A DNA stretch of 64,000 nucleotides, from NCBI GenBank assembly GCA_951406725.2, contig OX597815.1:30690001-30754000 (forward strand), read 5' to 3'. The translations under genes and the position numbers were made by a program. Below are positions 1-12,038 of the stretch, piece by piece. The stretch comes from Octopus vulgaris. Taxonomy: Eukaryota. The notes below the pieces were generated by a model. It did not search any database. It was not told where the DNA came from and saw nothing but the letters and a program-made list of their open reading frames with translations. Position 1 is the first letter of the stretch. Every line of letters begins with the position of its first letter.

Positions 1-173
1 CCAGGACTAATAAATTCATATGACATACAGAAAATAGCACTACTAGGCACCGCACGCATTCTATGTAAAACACTTTCAATACAGTAAATATAAGAGCATC
101 ACAACAAATCACAGCACATACCCAAGGCACACATCATTCAGTAGTCTTATAAAAATAAGACTACTGAATGATG
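1..173 (+). mobile_element. 3' end of an R4/Dong-like RLE non-LTR retrotransposon, followed by (TGA)n/(TAA)n
   Basis: Frame 1 reads PGLINSYDIQKIALLGTARILCKTLSIQ*, the conserved QKxALLGTAxIL C-terminus of RLE LINEs. The 3' UTR (agagcatcacaacaaatcacagcacatacccaaggcacaca) matches the copy at 38404-38572. Confidence 0.8.
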
Positions 174-185
174 ATGATGATGATG

Positions 186-252
<67 letters not shown>
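174..252. repeat. (TGA)n/(TAA)n microsatellite, the LINE tail or target
   Basis: Read directly from the sequence. Confidence 0.95.
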
Positions 253-254
<2 letters not shown>

Positions 255-536
255 TAAAATAATTAGGGTATTCCACATCTCGAAAATATCCGAAACCGAA
301 ATTGCACTTTAAAATCTTTGAAAATCCTCAGAGCATGATGTTTGGCACGCCTGAATGAGGACAGCACCATCATTAACAATATATATATTTATTTTTATTT
401 TTACTTTTTTTTAAATTTGTATTTAAAAAAAATTTTTTTTTAACAATAACAGCGAAAATAAAAACAACAACAACAACGACGACGACAAATGAAAACAACG
501 GCAACAACAACTAATGCTGCTGCTAGTATCAACCCG

Positions 537-593
<57 letters not shown>

Positions 594-625
594 GCTGCTG
601 GTGCTACTGCTACCACTACTACTAG
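537..625. repeat. (CTA)n/(CTG) microsatellite
   Basis: Read directly; explains the poly-Ser and poly-Val ORFs. Confidence 0.95.
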
Positions 626-948
626 TACAAATAGTATTATCTGGAAGTGAAGAGTGAGAAAGATGAAGGAATTGCACAAATCTACCGCAACAGTTCATTA
701 CGTGAGAGTTTGAATGCATACCAGCAAATGGACACGCATGACTGTATTCTGAGAAGGCTTCAAAGAGTTTTGGTTCGAGATTAGAAAATTTACATAAGGG
801 AAAAATTCGAAAAATAAGATGAACAACGTACATGTATTGGTGTATATATTTACGTATATATACATATCTTATCTCTCCTACCCCTTCTCACTTTCTTTCT
901 CCCCTCTCCCTATCTTTCTTTCTTTCTCACTCTATATATATACATATA

Positions 949-1111
949 GGCGCAGGCGTGGCTGTGTGGTAAGTAGCTTGCTTACCAACCACATGGTTCC
1001 GGATTCAGTCCCACTGCGTGGCACCTTGGGCAAGTGTCTTCTACTATAGCCTCGGGCTAACCAAAGCCTTGTGAGTGGATTTGGAAGACGGAAACTGGAA
1101 GAAGTCCGTCG

Positions 1112-1187
<76 letters not shown>

Positions 1188-1396
1188 TGTGTCTGTGATT
1201 GTCCCCCCAACATCGTTTGACAAACGATGCTGGTGTGTTTACGTCCCCGTAGCTTAGCGGTTCGGCATGAGAGACCGCGAGAATAAGTACTAGGCTTACA
1301 AAGAATAAGTCCTGGGGTCGATTTGCTCGACTAAAGGCGGTGCTCCAGCATGGCCGCAGTCAAATGACTGAAACAAATTAAAAGAATTTAAAGAAT
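949..1396 (+). mobile_element. tRNA-derived SINE, family A, with internal (TA)n(TG)n
   Basis: Head ggcgcaggcgtggctgtgtggtaag (A box-like) and ggattcagtcc (B box-like). Conserved body and gtaaaaga-type tail. At least 10 homologous copies occur in the window. Confidence 0.9.
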
Positions 1397-1423
1397 ATAT
1401 GTTTATGTTTGTATATATAATAA

Positions 1424-1822
1424 GCGCAAGAAGTGGGTGTGGTAAGTAGCTTGCTTACCAACCACATGGTTCTGGGTTCAGTTCCACTGCGTGGAACCTT
1501 GGGCAAGGGTCTTCTACTATAACCTCGGGCCGACCAAAGCCTTGTGAGTGGATTTCGTAGATGGAAACTGAAAGAAGCCCGTCGTACATATGTATATGTA
1601 TCCGTGTGTGTGTTTGTGTGTCTGTGGTGGTCCCTCCAACATCGCGTGACAACCGATGCTGGTGTGTTTACGTCCCCGTAACTTAGCGGTTCGGCAAAAG
1701 ATACCGATAGAATAAGTACTAGGCTTACAAAGAATAAGTCCTGGGGTCAGTTTGCTCGACTAAAGGCGGTGCTCCAGCATGGCGGCAGTCACATGACTTA
1801 AACAAGTAAAAGAGTAAAAGAG
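1424..1822 (+). mobile_element. SINE family A copy
   Basis: Homologous to 949-1396 and directly downstream of it. Confidence 0.9.
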
Positions 1823-1956
1823 CATACATATACACACACACATATATATAAATATATATATGTGTGTATATATGTATGTATATATGTTTGTATGAATATA
1901 TATATGTATATATACACACATACAAACATATATATATATATATTTATATATATAAG

Positions 1957-2110
1957 GAAAATAAGACAAGGTAGAAAATACTAAACTAATCTTATCATGA
2001 GGACCATTTTAGTACCGACTTCAGTCCTTGTGACTTTTTCAACTTAGGATAAAACTTGAAAAACGATTAAATTGTGGAAAAAATTAAATGAAATGTTTGT
2101 TTTAAAATAT
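1957..2110 (-). mobile_element. PLE terminal-repeat-like remnant with degenerate hammerhead-like motif
   Basis: Minus strand of about 2008-2048 reads ag TTGAAAA AGTC acaag GACT GAAG TCGG TA ct. It abuts a (TA)n tract and lies upstream of, and opposite to, the PLE RT. Confidence 0.45.
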
Positions 2111-2281
2111 GTCCATAGCTTTAAAATACAATGGACATTTCCCTTTTTCTGTCTGTGTGTCTCTCTCTTTTTTTTACACTTGTGAAGGCTTGTTAGTAGC
2201 TTGTAGGCAGTAGCAGTTTTAAAAGAATATTTGATATTTGGTTTTGTTTGTTTAAGCAACAGTAGCCGAGACTTTCTCGGC

Positions 2282-2363
2282 GAAGAAGCAGAAGAAGGAG
2301 TAGAAGAAAAAGAAGAAGAAGAAGAAGAAGAAGAAGAAGAAGAAGAAGAAGACTAAAGATGAA

Positions 2364-2398
<35 letters not shown>

Positions 2399-2412
2399 AG
2401 AAGAAGAAGAGG
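2282..2412. repeat. (GAA)n microsatellite
   Basis: Read directly. Confidence 0.95.
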
Positions 2413-2682
2413 GAGTAGGAAAAGAAGAGGATTACGTGAGTGTTTTCACAGTAGTAGGATTTGGGGGGAATCCTCTTGAATGGTCAAGTGACCTAAAAGT
2501 CACCTGTTGTGGTTGTAATAATAGTGATTGGAAATGTTCTGAACAAATTCATGGGTGGTAGCTGTTCTGAATATATCGTTTTTAATATTTGCCTGGGTAT
2601 TATTCCTGCATGCGAAACTCACCGCCTTTTTCGACACTCTCTTAAATTCATTTCTCAAGCATAAACAAAAACAATAAACAAA

Positions 2683-3660
2683 AACACCATACTAGTATCC
2701 TTCGATGTAATCAACCTATGTTCTAATATCCCCCACAGCCAAGCAATAGAGGCAATTCAATTCTGGCAAGAGAATTACTCCAATGAACTCCCACATCGCA
2801 TCAAAAAAGAGTTTGTGATAGAAGTGTTAAAATTTATCTTGAAGAATATCTACTTCGTCTTCTAAGACAACTTCTATCTACAGAATTCGGGGACTGCGAT
2901 GGGTACAAGAACGGCTCCCACCTCCTTTGCTAACCTAGTCAAAGGATATCTAGAAATCAGTCTTTGTTGTAAGGTATTAGAAAAATACGGCAACCCATTC
3001 TCTCTCTATATAGAAAAGTACTGGAAGAGGTATCTGGATGACTGTTTCATTCTATGGCATGAAAGAATAGAGAGACTTAAAGAATTTCAAGCACTTACAA
3101 ATGGACTTGATATAAACATTCAATTTGCGATGGAATATAACCATCAACAACTTTCATTCCCCGACATCTTTATTAAGAAATCCAACGACAAAATTGAAAC
3201 AGATATATACTATAAGCCCACAGATTCCAAACAATATCTACTGTTCAACTCATGCCACCCCAGACACACTAGAATGAATATTCCCTTCAATCTAGCAAAA
3301 AGGATTTGTGTTATAATTTCTAATACAAGCAACAGAGACACACGACTTCGTAAATTAAAGGATACACTCATTACCAGGAACTACCAACCATCACTAATTG
3401 ATAGAGTCGTTCACCGTGCCCGACAACTCAACATCCACGAACTCAGACATCCAAAACTAAAGAAGGATTTACAACCAAAAGTCCTACTATACATCTGCAA
3501 ACACAACCCCCTTAACAATGAAGCCTTCGATACCATCCTCCAGAACATTCCCCGAATATAAAGGAACTACAGAATGAATTTAATCCCCCAAACGCACACC
3601 ATCATAAAGAGCAAAAGACAACCTAAATCTACGAAAATTCTCCTAACACAAGCCCAAGTA
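2683..3660 (+). pseudogene. Penelope-like element reverse transcriptase, disrupted
   Basis: NTILVSFDVINLCSNIPH (motif A), an in-frame stop near 2863, then GTAMGTRTAPTSFANL (motif B), RYLDD (motif C) and TDIYYKPTDSKQYLLFNSCHP (PLE thumb). Includes ORF 2899-3561. Confidence 0.92.
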
Positions 3661-3683
3661 TGTTTATGTATATATATATATAT

Positions 3684-4060
3684 ATTTAAAAAAGGAGATG
3701 TGGAACACGAGTTGTGATATATAAAAAAGGAAATGAAGAAAATGCTGACAAAATAGGGTGGTTTCAGTTTTTGTAGGCATTTTCTGTATCTCGTGCGGGG
3801 ATATGATATTTAAAAAAGGAGATGTGGAACACGGGTTGTGATATATAAAAAAGGAAATGAAGAAAATGCTGACAAAATAGGGTGGTTTCAGTTTTTGTAG
3901 GCATTTTCTGTATCTCGTGCGGGGATATGATATTTAAAAAAGGAGATGTGGAACACGAGTTGTGATATATAAAAAAGGAAATGAAGAAAATGCTGACAAA
4001 ATAGGGTGGTTTCAGTTTTTGTAGGCATTTTCTGTATCTCGTGCGGGGATATGATATTTA
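3684..4060 (+). repeat. Three near-identical tandem copies of a 124-bp unit
   Basis: ggagatgtggaacac starts at 3694, 3818 and 3942. I saw one substitution between copies. Confidence 0.95.
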
Positions 4061-4205
4061 GGAAAAAATCTATCAGAAAGGAACTCTAATCTTTTGATAA
4101 GCATAACAAATGCGCAACCGGTAAAAAGAACTTTCACCTAATTAAATTACTTAAATTACTTACATTATTTTGTCAGCATTTTCTTCATTTCCTTTTTTAT
4201 ATATA
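4061..4205 (+). mobile_element. PLE terminal-repeat remnant with variant hammerhead-like motif
   Basis: 4090-4129 reads tcttt TTGATAA GCAT aacaa ATGC GCAA CCGG TA aaaaga. 4167-4204 is the reverse complement of part of the 124-bp unit. Confidence 0.55.
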
Positions 4206-5377
4206 TATATATATATCAACATATTTTATTCTTTATGATTTTATACGTTCGTACCCTAAGTCTGTGGCCATGCAGTGAGTATATATACATATATGTGGGT
4301 GTGTGTATATATCTATGTATATACGCTTACTCGTTTCGTGCATGCACAAATACAAATAGTGATGTAGCTGACTCGTTAGAGAAACGGATTGAATGTATGC
4401 GCTATATATTCCGAACAATTGCTTCCGATTTGAAATCTTATCACGTAGCTGACTACTTTGTTTTTTTCTTCTTTCAGGGAAGATAAATAAATATTTCATC
4501 TAAAAGCCAAAGCGTCTGATATACGTATTAAGTAACATATTAACGTACAAAGCGGCAGTGATAGGTGTGAATTATGCAAACCTGAGAAAACGAAATAAAA
4601 CGATAAACGATAAAAAGACGTTCTTAATTCCGACATTTATTCAGAGGTATTCTAGAATTTCAGACATTTGCAATGCACATAGAATTGGATAAAAAATACC
4701 TTGAACTGATTAAACCCAGATGCACTGACATTTGAAATTGCTTCTTGTTAGGGTTTTTTTTATCTCTTTAATCTGTCCTCTCTTTCCTTTCTCATTTTTG
4801 ACTTCCTTTCATGTCTCCGTTCATAATTCTTCTTTTAACAACCATCTCCCAATCGCCCACTGCCATTATATCACGCATCTAGATTTGATGCTGTGGTTTC
4901 CTATAATTCTATTCAAAATACTTTATTTTTCCAAAATATACATTTTCCCAGCATTGCTTAAGCTATTAAATACTCATGGATATGTGTTAAGTTATATCTG
5001 TCACTAATTTGAAATGTGAAAAAAAAAAAAAAATAAATAAAGCGACAGAGAGAGAGATGTGTGAAAAAAAGTTTATCTTTATCTTTTATGAAAAAATATA
5101 TACCAGCTGGTTTAAAAAAGAAGACAGAGCCCGGTAATAAAATTAGTAAGGAGTGACTACGATAATTTAAAAATACGATGTCAGCCAAATGGGAAAATTC
5201 ACATTAAACACAAATTTGGATGTGGTTATGAATAAAATATTTTTCAAAATATTTATTTTATACCTCAAACATGTAGCGATGTAGTGTTTAAGTACGAAAG
5301 TGTGCCGCAGTACGAAACATTTGAATGTCCAGCAATTGTTGATATACAAACATACATGCATACTTACAAGAACCCAC

Positions 5378-5387
5378 ATCTATCTAT

Positions 5388-5471
<84 letters not shown>

Positions 5472-5472
5472 A
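5378..5472. repeat. (TATC)n microsatellite
   Basis: Read directly. Confidence 0.95.
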
Positions 5473-5482
5473 TTTATTTATT

Positions 5483-5671
5483 TACGAGGGTCGTCTGAAA
5501 AGTTAATTGGATGTCTGAAATGCCCTCACGGAATATGATCAAATGAGGTTTACTGTTCAACATAGTTTCCTTTGCGATCCACACACTTCTTCCATCAAAG
5601 TTGGTATAATACTACCGGAATGGCGTCATTCCTGGCTAGTCAGCCTATAATCTCTTCAGCCCACACTAGTA
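5483..5671. mobile_element. Tc1/mariner-type MITE remnant
   Basis: Left end tacgagggtcgtctgaaaagtt. Right end (reverse complement) tactagtgtgggctgaagagatt. Both are TA-bounded, degenerate mariner-like TIRs. Confidence 0.55.
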
Positions 5672-5736
5672 TCTCTCTCTCTATATATACATACATACCT
5701 ACATACATACCTACATACATACATACATACATACAT

Positions 5737-5822
<86 letters not shown>

Positions 5823-5887
5823 TTCTATATAGAGAGAGTGATACTAGTGTGGGCTGAAGAGATTATAGGCTGACTATTAAGGAATAT

Positions 5888-5960
<73 letters not shown>

Positions 5961-5962
<2 letters not shown>

Positions 5963-6890
5963 CAACTAATAAGGGTGAGAAAATTGGATACTAATTTAAT
6001 AGTACATCCATTTAACACCAAGTGGCTTAGTGCATAAAAACCAGGAATACGATAAATCTTATACATAAATATTAGAGAGTAACCACTATGTGGTCGACTC
6101 TAGCACTAAAAATAGATCCGCTAGGTTTCAGCCACAAAGAATTGTTTCCGATGAAAGTTAGTTCGGCTGAAGAGCTACAGATATGTTGTGTGAGTAAAAT
6201 TACATAATTTATTAATATCGAAACAATTGTCCTGAACAAATCTGCATTCTTGTTATTTTTATTTGCCCTGTTCGTTTGCGCTAGTAGTCATGCTAACTTT
6301 CATCGGAAACAATTTTTTGTGGCTGAAACCTAGCGGATCTATTTTTAGTGCTAGAGTCGACCACATAGTGGTTACTGTCTAATATTTATGTATAAAATTT
6401 ATCGTATTCCTGGGTTTTTATGCATTAAGCCACTTGGTGTTAAATGGATGTACTATTAAATTAGTATCCAATTTTCTCACCCTTATTAGTTGATTGTAAT
6501 TATACTACATTTAATTTTGGATGTAGTATCTGTTTCCGTGAATTTTGGCGCGCTGTGGCAGGGGCACTTGAATTATAACAGCGAATGCAATCGACTGAAC
6601 CGCACGTGTGTTTATCGTTATGGTAAAATCTAGCGTGCGGTTGAGTAAATTGTATTCTGGACGGGTTCGGCTGAAGAGCTACAGATATGTTGTGTGAGTA
6701 AAATTACATAATTTATTAATAGCCAAACAATTGTCCTGAACTAATCTACATTTCTGTTATTTTTATTTGCCCTGTTCGTTTGCGCTAGTAGTCGTGCTAA
6801 CTTTCATCGGAAACAATTCTTTGTGGCTGAAACTTAGCGGATCTATTTTTAGTGCTAGAGTCGACCATATAGTGGTTACTCTCTTATATT
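5961..6890 (+). mobile_element. Non-coding PLE-type element: inverted 5' terminal repeat plus partial tandem repeat, inserted in (TA)n
   Basis: 5961-6161 is the reverse complement of 6293-6494. 6161-6378 is directly repeated at 6665-6882. This is typical PLE pseudo-LTR architecture. Confidence 0.75.
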
Positions 6891-7271
6891 TATATATATA
6901 TATACATATAGAAATACAATGCAATACAGTTTCCTTTATAGTGATGGAAAAGCATCCAATTTGCCACTGGTTCTTCTGTAAATACTTTTCATAATTCAAA
7001 AAGATATATCTTCAATATACAAAAATGGAGATTTTCTGTCACGTAGTTTTATCTAATTTTGTCTAATTTTGTCAAATATTTCCCTCATGAGAATCGTACC
7101 CATACGTATGAATTTTTTAATAAATTCATTACTAGGTATGAATCGAAACAATTTGTAGGATTAATATTTGTATTTCTATTCAAATTATATTATATTTATT
7201 GTAATATAATATTATGTTAATAAATTATATTTAAAATATGTCAATCGTAAATCTCCATTTTCTTTTAATTT

Positions 7272-7365
7272 ATACGAACGCAAGTTTATTGGCCGATACA
7301 TTATCTTCCTAATCTGGAGTTTCACCTGTAAATACAGTAATCAAAGATGAATGTATACACACACA
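7272..7365 (-). mobile_element. Short dispersed repeat (PLE-LTR-like), same family as 13909-14049
   Basis: Reverse complement matches gtgtgtatacattcatctttga...tgtatttaca...gaaactccagattaggaagat...aataaacttgcgtt. Confidence 0.7.
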
Positions 7366-7526
7366 TCTATTTAACTCTCTCTCTGTCTCTCTGTCTCTCT
7401 GTATACGTACACACACACACACACTCACACACATATATAAAGTGATGGTATGTTGTCAACTTAATGTCACAGTCCTATGAAAGGGAACAATGCTACTGCT
7501 ATTTAGCCCTAGGAAGCCATGCTACT

Positions 7527-7567
7527 CCAGACTGATGATGACCAATTACTCTGAAACTAGTCTCTGG
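7527..7567 (+). ncRNA. Minimal type I hammerhead ribozyme-like motif (PLE-associated)
   Basis: ccaga CTGATGA tgaccaattactct GAAAC TA GTC tctgg. Stem I is ccaga/tctgg, the core is intact, stem III is the palindrome ACTAGT and the cleavage triplet is GUC. Stem II is weak. Confidence 0.45.
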
Positions 7568-10256
7568 TTGCTGATAGTGAGAATTTCCAAAAAGCAAAAG
7601 ATGAAGACCGGTGTGTAAACAACAAACAGATGTATTAGTTTAACGCCCGGAAAGTGAGGAAATCTTTCATGTTTCGAGCCTAAGCTTTTCAATAGAAAGG
7701 AACACAGAAATAAACATGGAGAGAAAATAGAAAAATGTTTAGTGGCTAGGGATCTATCATGGCGAAGGTCGGACAGAGGGGTCACACAGGAGAGCTAGGA
7801 AGAAGGGGAGATAATAATGTAGTGTGATACCAAAACGAAGGTGCGCGTGCGTATGTATGTGAGAACGTGTATGAGCGTGTGAAAGGGGGCTGGTGACCTT
7901 GACTTGTGCATGTGTGCATGTGTGTGTGTGTGGATGATGTAGGTGCTGGCAAGTGGTTAGTGCTAGTGTGTACGCTGGGTGGGTGTTGGGAAGTGGTCAT
8001 TGCTAGTGTGTGCGGGGTGGTGTGATGTGGGGTGGTGGTGTGTGGTGGTGTAGGGGTGTGGGGTAAGCAAGGGTGGAGTTTAAGAGATATGGTGGGGGTG
8101 GAATTGGATGTATAGGGACGGTGGTGTTGGAATGTGTAGGTGTGGGTAACGAGGGATGGGTGACGATGAAGGGAGAGGGTGGAAGGGAGAAGGTAGGTAG
8201 GAGTGAATAGAGGAATTAAGGGCCACAGCAAGAAATGAGATATGGGTGGGAGGAAGTAGGTTTGAGAGGAATAGAGGAGAGAGGAGGAGGGTGGGATACA
8301 TACATATATATATATATATAATATGTACGTATATATATATATATATGTGTGTGTGTATGTATGTATATGTACTTGCCTCTGTCTTTGTAAGCCTATGTGC
8401 GTATGCTTAGTTATTAATGCTTGCGTTTTCTACAAGACGTGTCGTACGCGTACCGTTACACTTACACACTAAAACCGACACTTGCGCACACATACACATA
8501 CGGAAACAGATATACGCATATACACAGACACATATAAATGCATATGTGTGTCTGTGTATGTTTTGTTTGTGTGTGTGTGCTTGTGTGTAAATATTGTGTG
8601 CTTTCAAAGCATAAGCAAAATTCGATTGTAATTTACAAACTCACACCTTTTCTCTCAATGAACCACGCTTTACTTAATTATTCACACCTACTATTTTTCT
8701 TCTTACTGCTTACGTACATATATTCATACAAAAGTACATACGTACAGGAGTACATACATGCATAAATACATAATTAAAGATATACATGTATACCTGCATA
8801 CTTCTGTGTTTAACGTGTGCACGTCCATTTATATTTGGTGTGCGAATTTGTATGTATAGTCAAGTGCTTATATATACACACATATACACATACATACACG
8901 CCTATGTCTTTTGAATGCTGATATATGCATAAGCCTTTATATATTCGTAAGCATTTATTTATACATACACGTAGCTGCGCGTAAATATGTATAAACTAAC
9001 ACATTGATACATATGCATACATGTACCTCCAATTATTTACGGCCAGATATTTGCATTCTACGCATATATTAGCAAGAAGGAGCATGTTGCAGAATACTAA
9101 TGATTTTAGACACATTGAAAGGTAAGCATTCATTCTTGTGGTTGTTTCAATAGTCAGCTACGAAATTTGGAAGCTAATTTAATACAACCTCAGAGTCATG
9201 CTGTGTGCTGTAGATTAGAAGTTAAACTACTGATAATTTGAGTTCGCAATCAAGTTTTCATAAACACAGAGCTACATAAGTATGCAGTTCTGTGGAGTGA
9301 GATTTGAGTTAACTCTTTCGCATGGAGTTCTGTGGTAACAACATAGCTGCCCTGAAATAACAGGGCAGATACGTTGCATGAAAGGTGTATGAAAATAAGG
9401 GTTGGAGTAAAACAAATGCTATGTATCTGGTGAGCTACACAAAATGATTGCGCTATAGTAGCAGTAGAGAAGATATAGGAATTATGAAATAAAAAGAGGT
9501 CTTTTTTGGCATGTTAGTGTTAGTTATTGGTGTTTCTTCTATGGTTCAAAATACTATTTAAGCTAGTCAATGGCGAGCATGTGAGCGGCCGTGTGTAATG
9601 GTTATTTATTAGTCCTGAGAAGTTCATTAGTCTGGAGGGGAAAAAAAAAATTTTGACTCCAGTGGTAGGCATTGAATGAAATTTAATTTTTCTTGTCTCC
9701 TCATAACATCCGAACAAATTCAAGTTCACGAAATTCCTTGAATACCATTTAGGATTTAGCTTACCACTAATTTCTTCGAATTTCATTTGCATTCGAAGTT
9801 TAGTGATGATGTCTTCAAAGGAAAGCTGTTAATATTTATGTAGTGTAGCATGGAAAGTGTGTCTTGGTTTGATTGTATGTATTTTTGATAAAGAAAAGAA
9901 ACGCATTTTCATCCGAGTGTTGATATTGTTGAAAATGAATGACGCATTCAAACCCTGTAGCTAGATATTGAGGAGGCTTCATTCCAAAGAAACGCAAGGA
10001 ATGTCATTGCACATCATTTCACGCTTGTATAGACCTTTTAATTTTTTCATTTCCTATGAATGTGTTGCTCAATTGTTATCAGTTGCTTCTGTCTCGTGCG
10101 TCTCATCTGTTTTTATTAGCTCTTTTTACAGATGAATAAGAAAACAAGGCTGTTGCCTTAGACAAATCGCAGCACAATGTCAATGAAAGAACACAAACCA
10201 GAATCATTTCTAAAGAAACTTCGACTTCTTAGTCAATTGATTATTGCGACTCTTAA

Positions 10257-10675
10257 GGCGGCGAGCTGGCAGAAACGTTAGCACGCCGGGCGAAATGCAT
10301 AGCAGTTTTTCGTCTGTCTTTTCGTTCTAAGTTCAAATTCCGCCGAGGTCGACTTTGCCTTTCATCCTTTCGGGGACGATAAATTAAGTACCAGTTACGC
10401 ACTGGGGACGATGTAATCGAATTAATCCCTTTGTCTGTCCTTGTTTGTCCCCTCTATGTTTAGCCCCTCGTGGGCAATAAAGAAATAAGAAGCGTTAGCA
10501 CGCCGGGCGAAATGCTTAGAGGTATTTCGTCTGTCAAATTCCGCCAAGGCTGACTTTGCTGTTCATCCTTTCGGGGTCGATAAATTAAGTACCAGTTGTG
10601 TACTGGGGTTGATCTAATCGACTGGCCTTCTCCCGAAAAATTTCGAGCCTTGTGTCTGGAATAGAAAAGAATTAT
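10257..10675 (+). mobile_element. Two tandem SINE family B copies (Nin/Deu-domain-like)
   Basis: Head ggcggcgagctggcagaaacgttag, B box gttcaaattcc, and central ctttcatcctttcggggtcgataaattaagtacc resembling the Nin/Deu SINE core. The second copy starts near 10491. Confidence 0.8.
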
Positions 10676-11201
10676 TGGAACACTTGTTTCTCTCTTCTAT
10701 ATCATATACACACGCAATATGATTTTTTTTGTTTTAGGCAAATAGAATGCACCTACCCGTAAACTGAGGAAAATTAGGTTCGTGACCTGGATTCATCTTG
10801 TGTTTCAGATCTAATTCTATTTCGTTTATGTCACTATTGCCGTAGGGGAGGACTCGTACCTCTCAGCATTCACTTTGCTTTATCTGCAATACATTTGGGA
10901 TGTTATACCGAATGGAGAAAAAAGACGAACTTTTTTGCATTTATTTTATCGTCTGCGAATTAAAAGAGAACAATAGCTATGCCACAGCAGACAAGTGGGG
11001 ATTTTATTTATTGAAAGTTGAAAAATTCAAACTGCGAAATCTTTAGTGAATTTAAAGGTTTGAACCCTACCGAACTCAAATGGGAATAACCAGGAACCAG
11101 GGCTGCTAATATACATTATAGTTATAGGGCATTCCCAATTCATTTCTTATTTCATCTTTTTTTCCATCCCTCTGATTCAATGTTTTATTGATGACGAAAG
11201 C

Positions 11202-11255
<54 letters not shown>

Positions 11256-11975
11256 TGTATGTATGTATGTATGTATGTATGTATGTATATATATGTGTGT
11301 GTGTACACATACACACACATATACATAATATATGTATCTATGTATGCATTTTCCCAGTGACATTAGGAATTACTAAATTTTTTCCTTGCTAATGTTTAAA
11401 CCAAACAGATTTCTGAGTGCTATATTGCCCTATATTTATGTCTGCTTGTATTCCAATGGTGGGGAGACATGGTAATTACCCTGTCTTCTTCACTCAAAAA
11501 AAAGCAGCTGTTTTTGAACGTTAACTATTCTTTTGTCACGTGGTTTCTATTCAATGGCTCCGACAGCTGGCCATTTATCCGTGTATCATATCTGTGCTTC
11601 GTATTTTCTTCTTCTTTTATGTATTTCAGTGATAGGCATCTAAAGACAAAGCGCAACAACCACCCCCTACGCAAAGAATGAAAAGCTGTTGAAAAGATAT
11701 AAAATCTTTCTAAAGATGTGATGTTTAACTTCTGTTAACATAACCACTCGTGTTCTCTTTGATATGATCCCATATCTACAAACAGACACCTAATAACTAC
11801 TAGAGTTTCACTAGTTTAATAGGTTTTTAACAAATTCACTTTGACGATTATTTATATTTTCTTATAAGTTTGAATGTGTCTATATACAAATCTCTTATTC
11901 CAAATGCATAATTATACACACGTACTCAACACCCACACTTCTGCCTCACAGAAGCATGAAGAAATCGCTACTCAT

Positions 11976-12023
<48 letters not shown>

Positions 12024-12038
12024 ACACACACAAGTACA

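Noticed and set aside
932-1213. Recurrent peptide [34 protein letters not shown] (also at 19351, 27471, 28318, 41074)
   Set aside because: It is an antisense translation of SINE family A, not a protein family.
3684-4060. Possible CRISPR array
   Set aside because: The units are identical along their whole length with no unique spacers, the context is eukaryotic, and no cas genes are present.
7022-7261. 13-bp inverted repeat aaaatggagattt/aaatctccatttt as MITE ends
   Set aside because: It is short and AT-rich, with no TSD and no second copy.
9380-10060. Possible very old LINE fragment (also 60320-60900)
   Set aside because: The composition is suggestive, but I could not read convincing RT or endonuclease motifs.
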